DNA of 64,000 nucleotides from the human T2T-CHM13v2.0 reference genome, Homo sapiens. The stretch is from NCBI RefSeq assembly GCF_009914755.1, contig NC_060945.1, one strand, 5' to 3'. Of the stretch, positions 46,801-61,500 are shown piece after piece. The first letter of the stretch is position 1. Each line of letters starts with the position of its first letter. The position numbers and the translations under genes are program-made. The notes under the pieces are model-generated. The model was not told the DNA's origin and did no database searches. It was given only the letters and a program-made list of their open reading frames with translations.

Positions 46801-49800
46801 ATTATATACTGTACATAAAATATCAAAGTAACCAAGGTATATATTCTATACTGTACAAAAAATATCAAAGTACCCAAAGCATGTATTATATACTGTACCT
46901 AAAATATGAAAGTACATCAAATATATATTTTATTCTGTACATAAAATATCAAAGTACACCAGATATATATTCTATAGTGTACATAAAATATCAAAGTACC
47001 CAAACTATACATTATATACTGTACATAAAATATGAAATTACATCAAATATATATTAGGTACATAAAATATGAAAGTACATCAAATATAGATTATACACTG
47101 TACATAAAATATCAAAGTACCCCAAATATATATTATATACTCTACATGAAATATCAAAGTTCACAAACTATATATTATATACTGTACATAAAATAAAGTC
47201 CCCAAGGTATATATTCTATACTGTAGAAAAAATATCAAAGTACCCAAAGCATGTATTATATACTGTATATAAAATATGAAAGTACATCAAATATATATTT
47301 TATTCTGTACATAAAATATCAAAGTACACCAGATATATATTCTATAGTGTACATAAAATAACAAAGTACAAAAACTATAAATTATATACTGTACATAAAA
47401 TATGAAATTACATCAAATATATATTAGGTACATAAAATATGAAAGTACATGAAATATAGATTATATACTGTACATAAAATTTCAATGTACCCCAAATATA
47501 TATTTTATACTCTACATGAAATATCAAAGTTCACAAACCATATATTATATACTGTACATAAAATATCAAAGTACCCAAGGTATATATTCTATACTATACA
47601 AAAAATATCAAAGTACCCAAAGCATGTATTATATACTGTACCTAAAATATGAAAGTACATCAAATATATATTTTATTCTGTACATAAAATATCAAAGTAC
47701 ACCAGATATATATTCTACAGTGTACATAAAATATCAAAGTACCCAAACTATACATTATATACTGTAAATAAAATATGAAATTACATCAAATATATTTTAT
47801 ATTAGGTACATAAAATATGAAAGTACATCAAATATAGATTATATACTGTACATTAAATACCAAAGTACCCCAAATATATATTTTATACTGTACATGAAAT
47901 ATCAAAGTTCACAAACTATATATTATATACTGTACATAAATTATCAAAGTACCCAAGGTATATATTCTATACTGTACAAAAAATATCAAAGTACCCAAAG
48001 CATGTATTATATACTGTACATAAAATATGAAAGTACATCAAATATATATTTTATTCTGTACATAATATATCAAAGTACAGCAGATATATATTCTATAGTG
48101 TACATAAAATAACAAAGTACACAAACTATACATTATATACTGTACATAAAATATGAAATTACATCAAATATATATTAGGTACATAAAATATGAAAGTACA
48201 TCAAATATAGATTATATACTGTACATAAAATATCAATGTACCCCAAATATATATTTTATACTCTACATGAAATATCAAAGTTCACAAACCATATATTATA
48301 TACTGTACATAAAATATCAAAGTACCCAAGGTATATATTCTATACTATACAAAAAATATCAAAGTACCCAAAGCATGTATTATATACTGTACCTAAAATA
48401 TGAATGTACATCAAATATATATTTTATTCTGTACATAAAATATCAAAGTACACCAGATATATATTCTATAGTGTACACAAAATATCAAAGTACCCAAACT
48501 ATACATTATATACTGTACATAAAATATGAAATTACATCAAATATATTTTATATTAGGTACATAAAATATGAAAGTACATCAAATATAGATTATATACTGT
48601 ACATTAAATACCAAAGTACCCCAAATATATATTTTATACTGTACATGAAATATCAAAGTTCACAAACTATATATTATATACTGTACATATAATATCAAAG
48701 TACCCAAGGTATATATTCTATACTGTACAAAAAACAACAAAGTACCAAAAGCATGTATAATATACTGTACATAAAATATGAAAGTACATCAAATATATAT
48801 TTTATTCTGTACATAAAATATCAAAGTACACCAGATATATATTCTATAGTGTACATAAAATATCAAAGTACCCAAACTATACATTATATACTGTAAATAA
48901 AATATGAAATTACATCAAATATATTTTATATTAGGTACATAAAATATGAAAGTACATCAAATATAGATTATATACTGTACATAATATATCAAAGTAACCC
49001 AAATATATATTATATACTCTACATGAAATATCAAAGTTCACAAACAATATATTATATACTGTACATAAAATATCAAAGTACCCAAGGTATATATTCTATA
49101 CTGCACAAAAAAATCAAAGTACCCAAAGCATGTATTATATACTGTATATAAAATATGAAAGTACATCAAATATATATTTTATTCTCTACATAATATATCA
49201 AAGTACACCAGATATATATTCTATAGTGTACATAAAATAACAAAGTACACAAACTATAAATTATATACTGTACATAAAATATGAAATTACATCAAATATA
49301 TATTAGGTACATAAAATATGAAAGTACATCAAATATAGATTATATACTGTACATAAAATATCAATGTACCCCAAATATATATTTTATACTCTACATGAAA
49401 TATCAAAGTTCACAAACCATATATTGTATACTGTACATAAAATATCAAAGTACCCAAGGTATGTATTCTATACTGTACAAAAAATATCAAAGTACCCAAA
49501 GCATGTATTATATACTGTACATAAAATATGAAAGTACATCAAATATATATTTTATTCTGTACATATAATATCAAAGTACACCATATATATATTCTATAGT
49601 GTACATAAAATATCAAAGTACCCAAACTATACATTATATACTGTACATAAAATATGAAATTACATCAAATATATATTAGGTACATAAAATATGAAAGTAC
49701 ATCAAATATAGATTATATACTGTACATAAAATATCAAAGTACCCCAAATATATATTATATACTCTACAGGAAATATCAAAGTTCACACACTATATATTAT

Positions 49801-52500
49801 ATACTGTACATAAAATATCAAAGTACCCAAGGTATATATTCTATACTGTACAAAAAATATCAAAGTACCCAAAGCATGTATTATATACTGTATATAAAAT
49901 ATGAAAGTACATCAAATATATATTTTATTCTGTACATAATATATCAAAGTACACCAGATATATATTCTATAGTGTACATAAAATAACAAAGTACACAAAC
50001 TATACATTATATACTGTACATAAAATATGAAATTACATCAAATATATATTAGGTTCATAAAATATGAAAGTACATCAAATATAGATTATATACTGTACAT
50101 AAAATATCAATGTACCCCAAATATATATTTTATACTTTACATGAAATATCAAAGTTCACAAACCATATATTGTATACTGTACATAAAATACCAAAGTACC
50201 CAAGGTATATGTTCTATACTGTACAAAAAATATCAAAGTACCCAAAGCATGTATTATATACTGTACATAAAATATGAATGTACATCAAATATATATTTTA
50301 TTCTGTACATAAAATATCAAAGTACACCAGATATATATTCTATAGTGTACATAAAATATCAAAGTACCCAAACTATACATTATATACTGTACATAAAATA
50401 TGAAATTACATCAAATATATATTATATTAGGTACATAAAATATGAAAGTACATCAAATATAGATTATATACTGTACATAAAATATCAAAGTACCCCAAAT
50501 ATATATTATATACTCTACATGAAATATCAAAGTTCACAAACTATATATTATATACTGTACATAAAATATCAAAGTACCCAAGGTATATATTCTATACTAT
50601 ACAAAAAATATCAAAGTACCCAAAGTATGTATTATATACTGTACCTAAAATATGAAAGTACATCAAATATATATTTTATTCTGTACATAAAATATCAAAG
50701 TACACCAGATATATATTCTATAGTGTACATAAAATATCAAAGTACCCAAACTATACATTATATACTGTACATAAAATATGAAATTACATCAAATATATAT
50801 TATATTAGGTACATAAAATATGAAAGTACATCAAATATAGATTATATACTGTACATTAAATACCAAAGTACCCCAAATATATATTTTATACTCTACATGA
50901 AATATCAAAGTTCACAAACTATATATTATATACTGTACATAAAATATCAAAGTACCCAAGGTATATATTCTATACTGTACAAAAAATATCAAAGTACCCA
51001 AAGCATGTATTATATACTGTACATAAAATATGAAAGTACATCAAATATATATTTTATTCTGTACATAAAATATCAAAGTACACCAGATATATATTCTATA
51101 GTGTACATAAAATATCAAAGTACCCAAACTATACATTATATACTGTACATAAAATATGAAATTACATCAAATATATATTATATTAGGTACATAAAATATG
51201 AAAGTACATCAAATATAGATTATACACTGTACATAAAATATCAAAGTACCCCAAATATATATTATATACTGTACATGAAATATCAAAGTTCACAAACTAT
51301 ATATTATATACTGTACATAAAATAAAGTCCCCAAGGTATATATTCTATACTGTAGAAAAAATATCAAAGTACCCAAAGCATGTATTATATACTGTATATA
51401 AAATATGAAAGTACATCAAATATATATTTTATTCTGTACATAATATATCAAAGTACACCAGATATATATTCTATAGTGTACATGAAATAACAAAGTACAA
51501 AAACTATAAATTATATACTGTACATAAAATATGAAATTACATCAAATATATATTAGGTACATAAAATATGAAAGTACATCAAATATAGATTATATACTGT
51601 ACATAAAATTTCAATGTACCCCAAATATATATTTTATACTCTACATGAAATATCAAAGTTCACAAACCATGTATTATATACTGTACATAAAATATCAAAG
51701 TACCCAAGGTATATATTCTATACTATACAAAAAATATCAAAGTACCCAAAGCATGTATTATATACTGTACCTAAAATATGAAAGTACATCAAATATATAT
51801 TTTATTCTGTACATAAAATATGAAAGTACACCAGATATATATTCTATAGTGTACATAAAATATCAAAGTACCCAAACTATACATTATATACTGTACATCA
51901 AATATGAAATTACATCAAATATATATTATATTAGGTACATAAAATATGAAAGTACATCAAATATAGATTATACACTGTACATAAAATATCAAAGTACCCA
52001 AAATATATATTATATACTCTACATGAAATATCAAAGTTCACAAACTATATATTATATACTGTACATAAAATAATGTCCCCAAGGTATATATTCTATACTG
52101 TAGAAAAAATATCAAAGTACCCAAAGCATGTATTATATACTGTATATAAAATATGAAAGTACATCAAATTTATATTTTATTCTGTACATAATATATCAAA
52201 GTACACCAGATATATATTCTATAGTGTACATAAAATAACAAAGTACAAAAACTATAAATTATATACTGTACATAAAATATGAAATTACATCAAATATATA
52301 TTAGGTACATAAAATATGAAAGTACATCAAATATAGATTATATACTGTACATAAAATTTCAATGTACCCCAAATATATATTTTATACTCTACATGAAATA
52401 TCAAAGTTCACAAACCATATATTATATACTGTACATAAAATATCAAAGTACCCAAGGTATATATTCTATACTATACAAAAAATATCAAAGTACCCAAAGC
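21720..52500 (+). repeat. 16,140-bp tandem duplication (~21720-37860 copied to ~37860-52500), second copy carrying a 1,504-bp deletion at ~48250
   Basis: ORF pairs from 23007/39147 through 32013/48153 are offset 16,140. Pairs from 33517/48153 through 37643/52279 are offset 14,636 (= 16,140 - 1,504). Confidence 0.88.
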
Positions 52501-55500
52501 ATGTATTATATACTGTACCTAAAATATGAATGTACATCAAATATATATTTTATTCTGTACATAAAATATCAAAGTACACCAGATATATATTCTATAGTGT
52601 ACACAAAATATCAAAGTACCCAAACTATGCATTATATACTGTACATAAAATATGAAATTACATCAAATATATTTTATATTAGGTACATAAAATATGAAAG
52701 TACATCAAATATAGATTATATACTGTACATTAAATACCAAAGTACCCCAAATATATATTTTATACTGTACATGAAATATCAAAGTTCACACACTATATAT
52801 TATATACTGTACATATAATATCAAAGTACACAAGGTATATATTCTATACTGTACAAAAAATAACAAAGTACCAAAAGCATGTATAATATACTGTACATAA
52901 AATATGAAAGTACATCAAATATATATTTTATTCTGTACATAAAATATCAAAGTACACCAGATATATATTCTATAGTGTACATAAAATATCAAAGTACCCA
53001 AACTATACATTATATACTGTAAATAAAATATAAAATTACATCAAATATATTTTATATTAGGTACATAAAATATGAAAGTACATCAAATATAGATTATATA
53101 CTGTACATAATATATCAAAGTAACCCAAATATATATTATATACTCTACATGAAATATCAAAGTTCACAAACAATATATTATATACTGTACATAAAATATC
53201 AAAGTACCCAAGGTATATATTCTATACTGCACAAAAAAATCAAAGTACCCAAAGCATGTAGTATATACTGTATATAAAATATGAAAGTTCATCAAATATA
53301 TATTTTATTCTCTACGTAATATATCAAAGTACACCAGATATATATTCTATAGTGTACATAAAATATCAAAGTACCCAAACTATACATTATATACTGTAAA
53401 TAAAATATGAAATTACATCAAATATATATTAGGTACATAAAATATGAAAGTACATCAAATATAGATTATATACTGTACATAAAATATCAATGTACCCCAA
53501 ATATATATTTTATACTTTACATGAAATATCAAAGTTCACAAACCATATATTGTATACTGTACATAAAATATCAAAGTACCCAAGGTATATGTTCTATACT
53601 GTACAAAAAATATCAAAGTACCCAAAGCATGTATTATATACTGTACATAAAATATGAAAGTACATCAAATATATATTTTATTCTGTACATAAAATATCAA
53701 AGTACACCAGATATATATTCTATAGTGTACATAAAATATCAAAGTACCCAAACTATACATTATATACTGTAAATAAAATATGAGATTACATCAAATATAT
53801 ATTATATTAGGTACATAAAATATGAAAGTACATCAACTATAGATTATATACTGTACATTAAATACCAAAGTACCCCAAATATATATTTTATACTGTACAT
53901 GAAATATCAAAGTTCACAAACTATATATTATATACTGTACATAAAATATCAAAGTACCCAAGGTATATATTCTATACTGTACAAAAAATATCAAAGTACC
54001 CAAAGCATGTATTATATACTGTACCTAAAATATGAAAGTACATCAAATATATATTTTATTCTGTACATAAAATATCAAAGTACACCAGATATATATTCTA
54101 TAGTGTACATAAAATATGAAAGTACCCAAACTCTACATTATATACTGTACATAAAATATGAAATTACATCAAATATATATTATATTAGGTACATAAAATA
54201 TGAAAGTACATCAAATATAGATTATACACTGTACATAAAATATCAAAGTACCCAAAATATATATTATATACTCTACATGAAATATCAAAGTTCACAAACT
54301 ATATATTATATACTGTACATAAAATAAAGTCCCCAAGATATATATTCTATACTGTAGAAAAAATATCAAAGTACCCAAAGCATGTATTATATACTGTATA
54401 TAAAATATGAAAGTACATCAAATATATATTTTATTCTGTACATAATATATCAAAGTACACCAGATATATATTCTATAGTGTACATAAAATAACAAAGTAC
54501 AAAAACTATAAATTATATACTGTACAAAAATATGAAATTACATCAAATATATATTAGGTACATAAAATATGAAAGTACATCAAATATAGATTATATACTG
54601 TACATAAAATTTCAATGTACCCCAAATATATATTTTATACTCTACATGAAATATCAAAGTTCACAAACCATATATTATATACTGTACATAAAATATCAAA
54701 GTACCCAAGGTATATATTCTATACTATACAAAAAATACCAAAGTACCCAAAGCATGTATTATATACTGTACCTAAAATATGAATGTACATCAAATATATA
54801 TTTTATTCTGTACATAAAATATCAAAGTACACCAGATATATATTCTATAGTGTACACAAAATATCAAAGTACCCAAACTATACATTATATACTGTACATA
54901 AAATATGAAATTACATCAAATATATTTTTTATTAGGTACACAAAATATGAAAGTACATCAAATATAGATTATATACTGTACATTAAATACCAAAGTACCC
55001 CAAATATATATTTTATACTGTACATGAAATATCAAAGTTCACAAACTATATATTATATACTGTACATATAATATCAAAGTACCCAAGGTATATATTCTAT
55101 ACTGTACAAAAAATAACAAAGTACCAAAAGCATGTATAATATACTGTACATAAAATATGAAACTACATCAAATATATATTTTATTCTGTACATAAAATAT
55201 CAAAGTACACCAGATATATATTCTATAGTGTACATAAAATATCAAAGTACCCAAACTATACATTATATACTGTAAATAAAATATGAAATTACATCAAATA
55301 TATTTTATATTAGGTACATAAAATATGAAAGTACATCAAATATAGATTATATACTGTACATAATATATCAAAGTAACCCAAATATATATTATATACTCTA
55401 CATGAAATATCAAAGTTCACAAACAATATATTATATACTGTACATAAAATATCAAAGTACCCAAGGTATATATTCTATACTGCACAAAAAAATCAAAGTA

Positions 55501-58500
55501 CCCAAAGCATGTATTATATACTGTATATAAAATATGAAAGTACATCAAATATATATTTTATTCTCTACATAATATATCAAAGTACACCAGATATATATTC
55601 TATAGTGTACATAAAATAACAAAGTACACAAACTATAAATTATATACTGTACATAAAATATGAAATTACATCAAATATATATTAGGTACATAAAATATGA
55701 AAGTACATCAAATATAGATTATATACTGTACATAAAATATCAATGTACCCCAAATATATATTTTATACTCTACATGAAATACCAAAGTTCAGAAACCATA
55801 TATTATATACTGTACATAAAATATCAAAGTACCCAAGGTATATATTCTATACTGTACAAAAAATATCAAAGTACCCAAAGCATGTATTATATACTGTACA
55901 TAAAATATGAAAGTACATCAAATATATATTTTATTCTGTACATAAAATATCAAAGTACACCAGATATATATTCTATAGTGTACATAAAATATCAAAGTAC
56001 CCAAACTATACATTATATACTGTACATAAAATATGAAATTACATCAAATATATATTATATTAGGTACATAAAATATGAAAGTACATCAAATATAGATTAT
56101 ATACTGTACATAAAATATCAAAGTACCCCAAATATATATTATATACTCTACATGAAATATCAAAGTTCACAAACTATATATTATATACTGTACATAAAAT
56201 ATCAAAGTACCCAAGGTATATATTCTATAATGTACAAAAAATATCAAAGTACCCAAAGCGTGTATTATATACTGTATATAAAATATGAAATTACATCAAA
56301 TATATATTTTATTCTGTACATAAAATATCAAAGTACACCAGATATATATTCTATAGTGTACATAAAATATCAAAGTACCCAAACTCTACATTATATACTG
56401 TACATAAAATATGAAATTACATCAAATATATATTATATTAGGTACATAAAATATGAAAGTACATCAAATATAGATTATATACTGTACATTAAATACCAAA
56501 GTACCCCAAATATATATTTTATACTGTACATGAAATATCAAAGTTCACAAACTATATATTATATACTGTACATAAAATATCAAAGTACCCAAGGTATATA
56601 TTCTATACTGTACAAAAAATATCAAAGTACCCATAGCATGTATTATATACTGTACCTAAAATATGAAAGTACATCAAATATATATTTTATTCTATACATA
56701 AAATATCAAAGTACACCAGATATATATTCTATAGTGTACATAAAATATCAAAGTACCCAAACTATACATTATATACTGTACATAAAATATGAAATTACAT
56801 CAAATATATATTATATTAGGTACATAAAATATGAAAGTACATCAAATATAGATTATACACTGTACATAAAATATCAAAGTACCCCAAATATATATTATAT
56901 ACTCTACATGAAATATCAAACTTCACAAACAATATATTATATACTGTACATAAAATAAAGTCCCCAAGGTATATATTCTATACTGTAGAAAAAATATCAA
57001 AGTACCCAAAGCATGTATTATATACTGTATATAAAATATGAAAGTACATCAAATATATATTTTATTCTGTACATAATATATCAAAGTACACCAGATATAT
57101 ATTCTATAGTGTACATAAAATAACAAAGTACAAAAACTATAAATTATATACTGTACATAAAATATGAAATTACATCAAATATATATTAGGTACATAAAAT
57201 ATGAAAGTACATCAAATATAGATTATATACTGTACATAAAATTTCAATGTACCCCAAATATATATTTTATACTCTACATGAAATATCAAAGTTCACAAAC
57301 CATATATTATATACTGTACATATAATATCAAAGTACCCAAGGTATATATTCTATACTATACAAAAAATATCAAAGTACCCAAAGCATGTATTATATACTG
57401 TACCTAAAATATGAAAGTACATCAAATATATATTTTATTCTGTACATAAAATATCAAAGTACACCAGATATATATTCTATAGTGTACACAAAATATCAAA
57501 GTACCCAAACTATACATTATATACAGTACATAAAATATGAAATTACATCAAATATATTTTATATTAGGTACATAAAATATGAAAGTACATCAAATATAGA
57601 TTATACACTGTACATTAAATACCAAAGTACCCCAAATATATATTTTATACTGTACATGAAATATCAAACTTCACAAATTATATATTATATAGTGTACATA
57701 TAATATCAAAGTACCCAAGGTATATATTCTATACTGTACAAAAAATATCAAATTACCCAAAGCTTGTATTATATACTGTACATAAAATATGAAAGTATAT
57801 CAAATATATATTTTATTGTGTACATAAAATATCAAAGTACACCAGATATATATTCTATAGTGCACATAAAATAACAAAGTACACAAACTATACATTATAT
57901 ACTGTACATAAAATATGAAATTACATGAAATATATATTAGGTACATAAAATATGAAAGTACATCAAATATAGATTATATACTGTACATAAAATTTCAATG
58001 TACCCCAAATATATATTTTATACTACACATGAAATATCAAAGTTCACAAACCATATATTGTATACTGTACATAAAATATCAAAGTACCCAAGGTATATGT
58101 TCTATACTGTACAAAAAATATCAAAGTACCCAAAGCATGTATTATATACTGTACATAAAATATGAAAGTACATCAAATATATATTTTATTCCGTACATAA
58201 AATATCAAAGTATACCAGATATATATTCTATAGTGTACATAAAATATCAAAGTACACAAACTATACATTATATACTGTACATAAAATATGAAATTACATC
58301 AAATATATATTATATAAGGTACATAAAATATGAAAGTACATCAAATATAGATTATATACTGTACATTAAATACCAAAGTACCCCAAATATATATTATATA
58401 CTCTACATGAAATATCAAAGTTCACAAACTATATATTATATACTGTACATAAAATATCAAAGTACCCAAGGTATATATTCTATACTGTACAAAAAATATC
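52500..58500 (+). repeat. Third, more diverged paralogue of ~24.0-30.0 kb and ~40.1-46.1 kb
   Basis: ORF pairs 41022/53407, 41514/53899, 42147/54532, 43275/55660, 45001/57386 and 45530/57915 are offset 12,385. It lacks variants shared by the other two copies (e.g. CCCCGA at ~26095 and ~42235; the TAA ending at 43913 and its counterpart near 27773). Confidence 0.85.
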
Positions 58501-61500
58501 AAAGTACCCAAAGCATGTATTATATACAGTACATAAAATATGAAAGTACATCAAATATATATTTTATTCTGTACATAAAATATCAAAGTACACCAGATAT
58601 ATATTCTATAGTGTACATAAAATAACAAAGTACACAAACTATACATTATATACTGTACATAAAATATGAAATTACATCAAATATATTTTATATTAGGTAC
58701 ATAAAATATGAAAGTACATCAAATATAGATTATATACTGTACATAAAATTTCAATGTACCCCAAATATATATTTTATACTCTACATGAAATATCAAAGTT
58801 CACAAACCATATATTATATACTGTACATAAAATATCAAAATACCCAAGGTATATATTCTATAATGTACAAAAAATATCAAAGTACCCAAAGCGTGTATTA
58901 TATACTGTATATAAAATATGAAATTACATCAAATATATATTTTATTCTGTACATAAAATATCAAAGTACACCAGATATATATTCTATAGTGTACATAAAA
59001 TATCAAAGTACCCAAACTATACATTATATACTCTACATAAAATATGAAATTACATCAAATATTTATTATATTAGGTACATAAAATATGAAAGTACATCAA
59101 ATATAGATTATATACTGTACATTAAATACCAAAGTACCCCAAATATATATTTTATACTGTACATGAAATATCAAAGTTCACAAACTATATATTATATACT
59201 GTACATAAAATATCAAAGTACCCAAGGTATATATTCTATACTGTACAAAAAATATCAAAGTACCCAAAGCATGTATTATATACTGTACCTAAAATATGAA
59301 AGTACATCAAATATATATTTTATTCTGTACATAAAATATCAAAGTACACCAGATATATATTCTATAGTGTACATAAAATATCAATGTACCCAAACTATAC
59401 ATTATATACTGTACATAAAATATGAAATTACATCAAATATATTTTATATTAGGTACATAAAATATGAAAGTACATCAAATATAGATTATACACTGTACAT
59501 AAAATATCAAAGTACCCCAAATATATATTATATACTCTACATGAAATATCAAAGTTCACAAACTATATATTATATACTGTACATAAAATAAAGTCCCCAA
59601 GGTATATATTCTATACTGTAGAAAAAATATCAAAGTACCCAAAGCATGTATTATATACTGTATATAAAATATGAAAGTACATCAAATATATATTTAATTC
59701 TGTACATAATATATCAAAGTACACCAGATATATATTCTATAGTGTACATAAAATATCAAAGTACCCAAACTATACATTATATACTGTACATAAAATATGA
59801 AATTACATCAAATATATATTATATTAGGTACATAAAATATGAAAGTACATCAAATATAGATTATATACTGTACATTAAATACCAAAGTACCCCAAATATA
59901 TATTTTATACTGTACATGAAATATCAAAGTTCACAAACTATATATTATATACTGTACATAAAATATCAAAGTACCGAAGGTATATATTCTATACTGTACA
60001 AAAAATATCAAAGTACCCAAAGCATGTATTATATACTGTACCTAAAATATGAAAGTACATCAAATATATATTTTATTCTGTACATAAAATATCAAAGTAC
60101 ACCAGATATATATTCTATAGTGTACATAAAATATCAAAGTACCCAAACTATACATTATATACTGTACATAAAATATGAAATTACATCAAATATATATTAT
60201 ATTAGGTACATAAAATATGAAAGTACATCAAATATATATTATACACTGTACATAAAATATCAAAGTACCCCAAATATATATTATATACTCTACGTGAAAT
60301 ATCAAAGTTCACAAACTATATATTATATACTGTACATAAAATAAAGTCCCCAAGGTATATATTCTATACTGTAGAAAAAATATCAAAGTACCCAAAGCAT
60401 GTATTATATACTGTATATAAAATATGAAAGTACATCAAATATATATTTTATTCTGTACATAATATATCAAAGTACACCAGATATATATTCTATAGTGTAC
60501 ATAAAATAACAAAGTACAAAAACTATAAATTATATACTGTACATAAAATATGAAATTACATCAAATATATATTAGGTACATAAAATATGAAAGTACATCA
60601 AATATAGATTATATACTGTACATTAAATACCAAAGTACCCCAAATATATATTTTATACTGTACATGAAATATCAAAGTTCACAAACTATATATCATATAC
60701 TGTACATATAATATCAAAGTACCCAAGGTATATATTCTATACTGTACAAAAAATAACAAAGTACCAAAAGCATGTATAATATACTGTACATAAAATATGA
60801 AAGTACATCAAATATATATTTTATTCTGTACATAAAATATCAAAGTACACCAGATATATATTCTATAGTGTACATAAAATATCAAAGTACCCAAAGTATA
60901 CATTATATACTGTAAATAAAATATGAAATTACATCAAATATGTTTTATATTAGGTACATAAAATATGAAAGTACATCAAATATAGATTATATAGTGTACA
61001 TTAAATACCAAAGTACCCCAAATATATATTTTATACTGTACATGAAATATCAAAGTTCACAAACTATATATTATATACTGTACATAAATTATCAAAGTAC
61101 CCAAGGTATATATTCTATACTGTACAAAAAATATCAAAGTACCCAAAGCATGTATTATATACTGTACATAAAATATGAAAGTACATCAAATATATATTTT
61201 ATTCTGTACATAATATATCAAAGTACACCAGATATATATTCTATAGTGTACATAAAATAACAAAGTACACAAACTATACATTATATACTGTACATAAAAT
61301 ATGAAATTACATCAAATATATATTAGGTACATAAAATATGAAAGTACATCAAATATAGATTATATACTGTACATAAAATATCAATGTACCCCAAATATAT
61401 ATTTTATACTATACATGAAATATCAAAGTTCACAAACCATATATTGTATACTGTACATAAAATATCAAAGTACCCAAGGTATATGTTCTATACTGTACAA

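Noticed and set aside
21720-52500. Large duplications as pure assembly artefacts
   Set aside because: Copies differ at scattered sites (e.g. 23524 vs 39664, 25565 vs 41705, 27401 vs 43541, 27500 vs 43640, 30733 vs 46873) and by a 1.5-kb deletion, which favours real paralogues. This cannot be fully excluded without reads.
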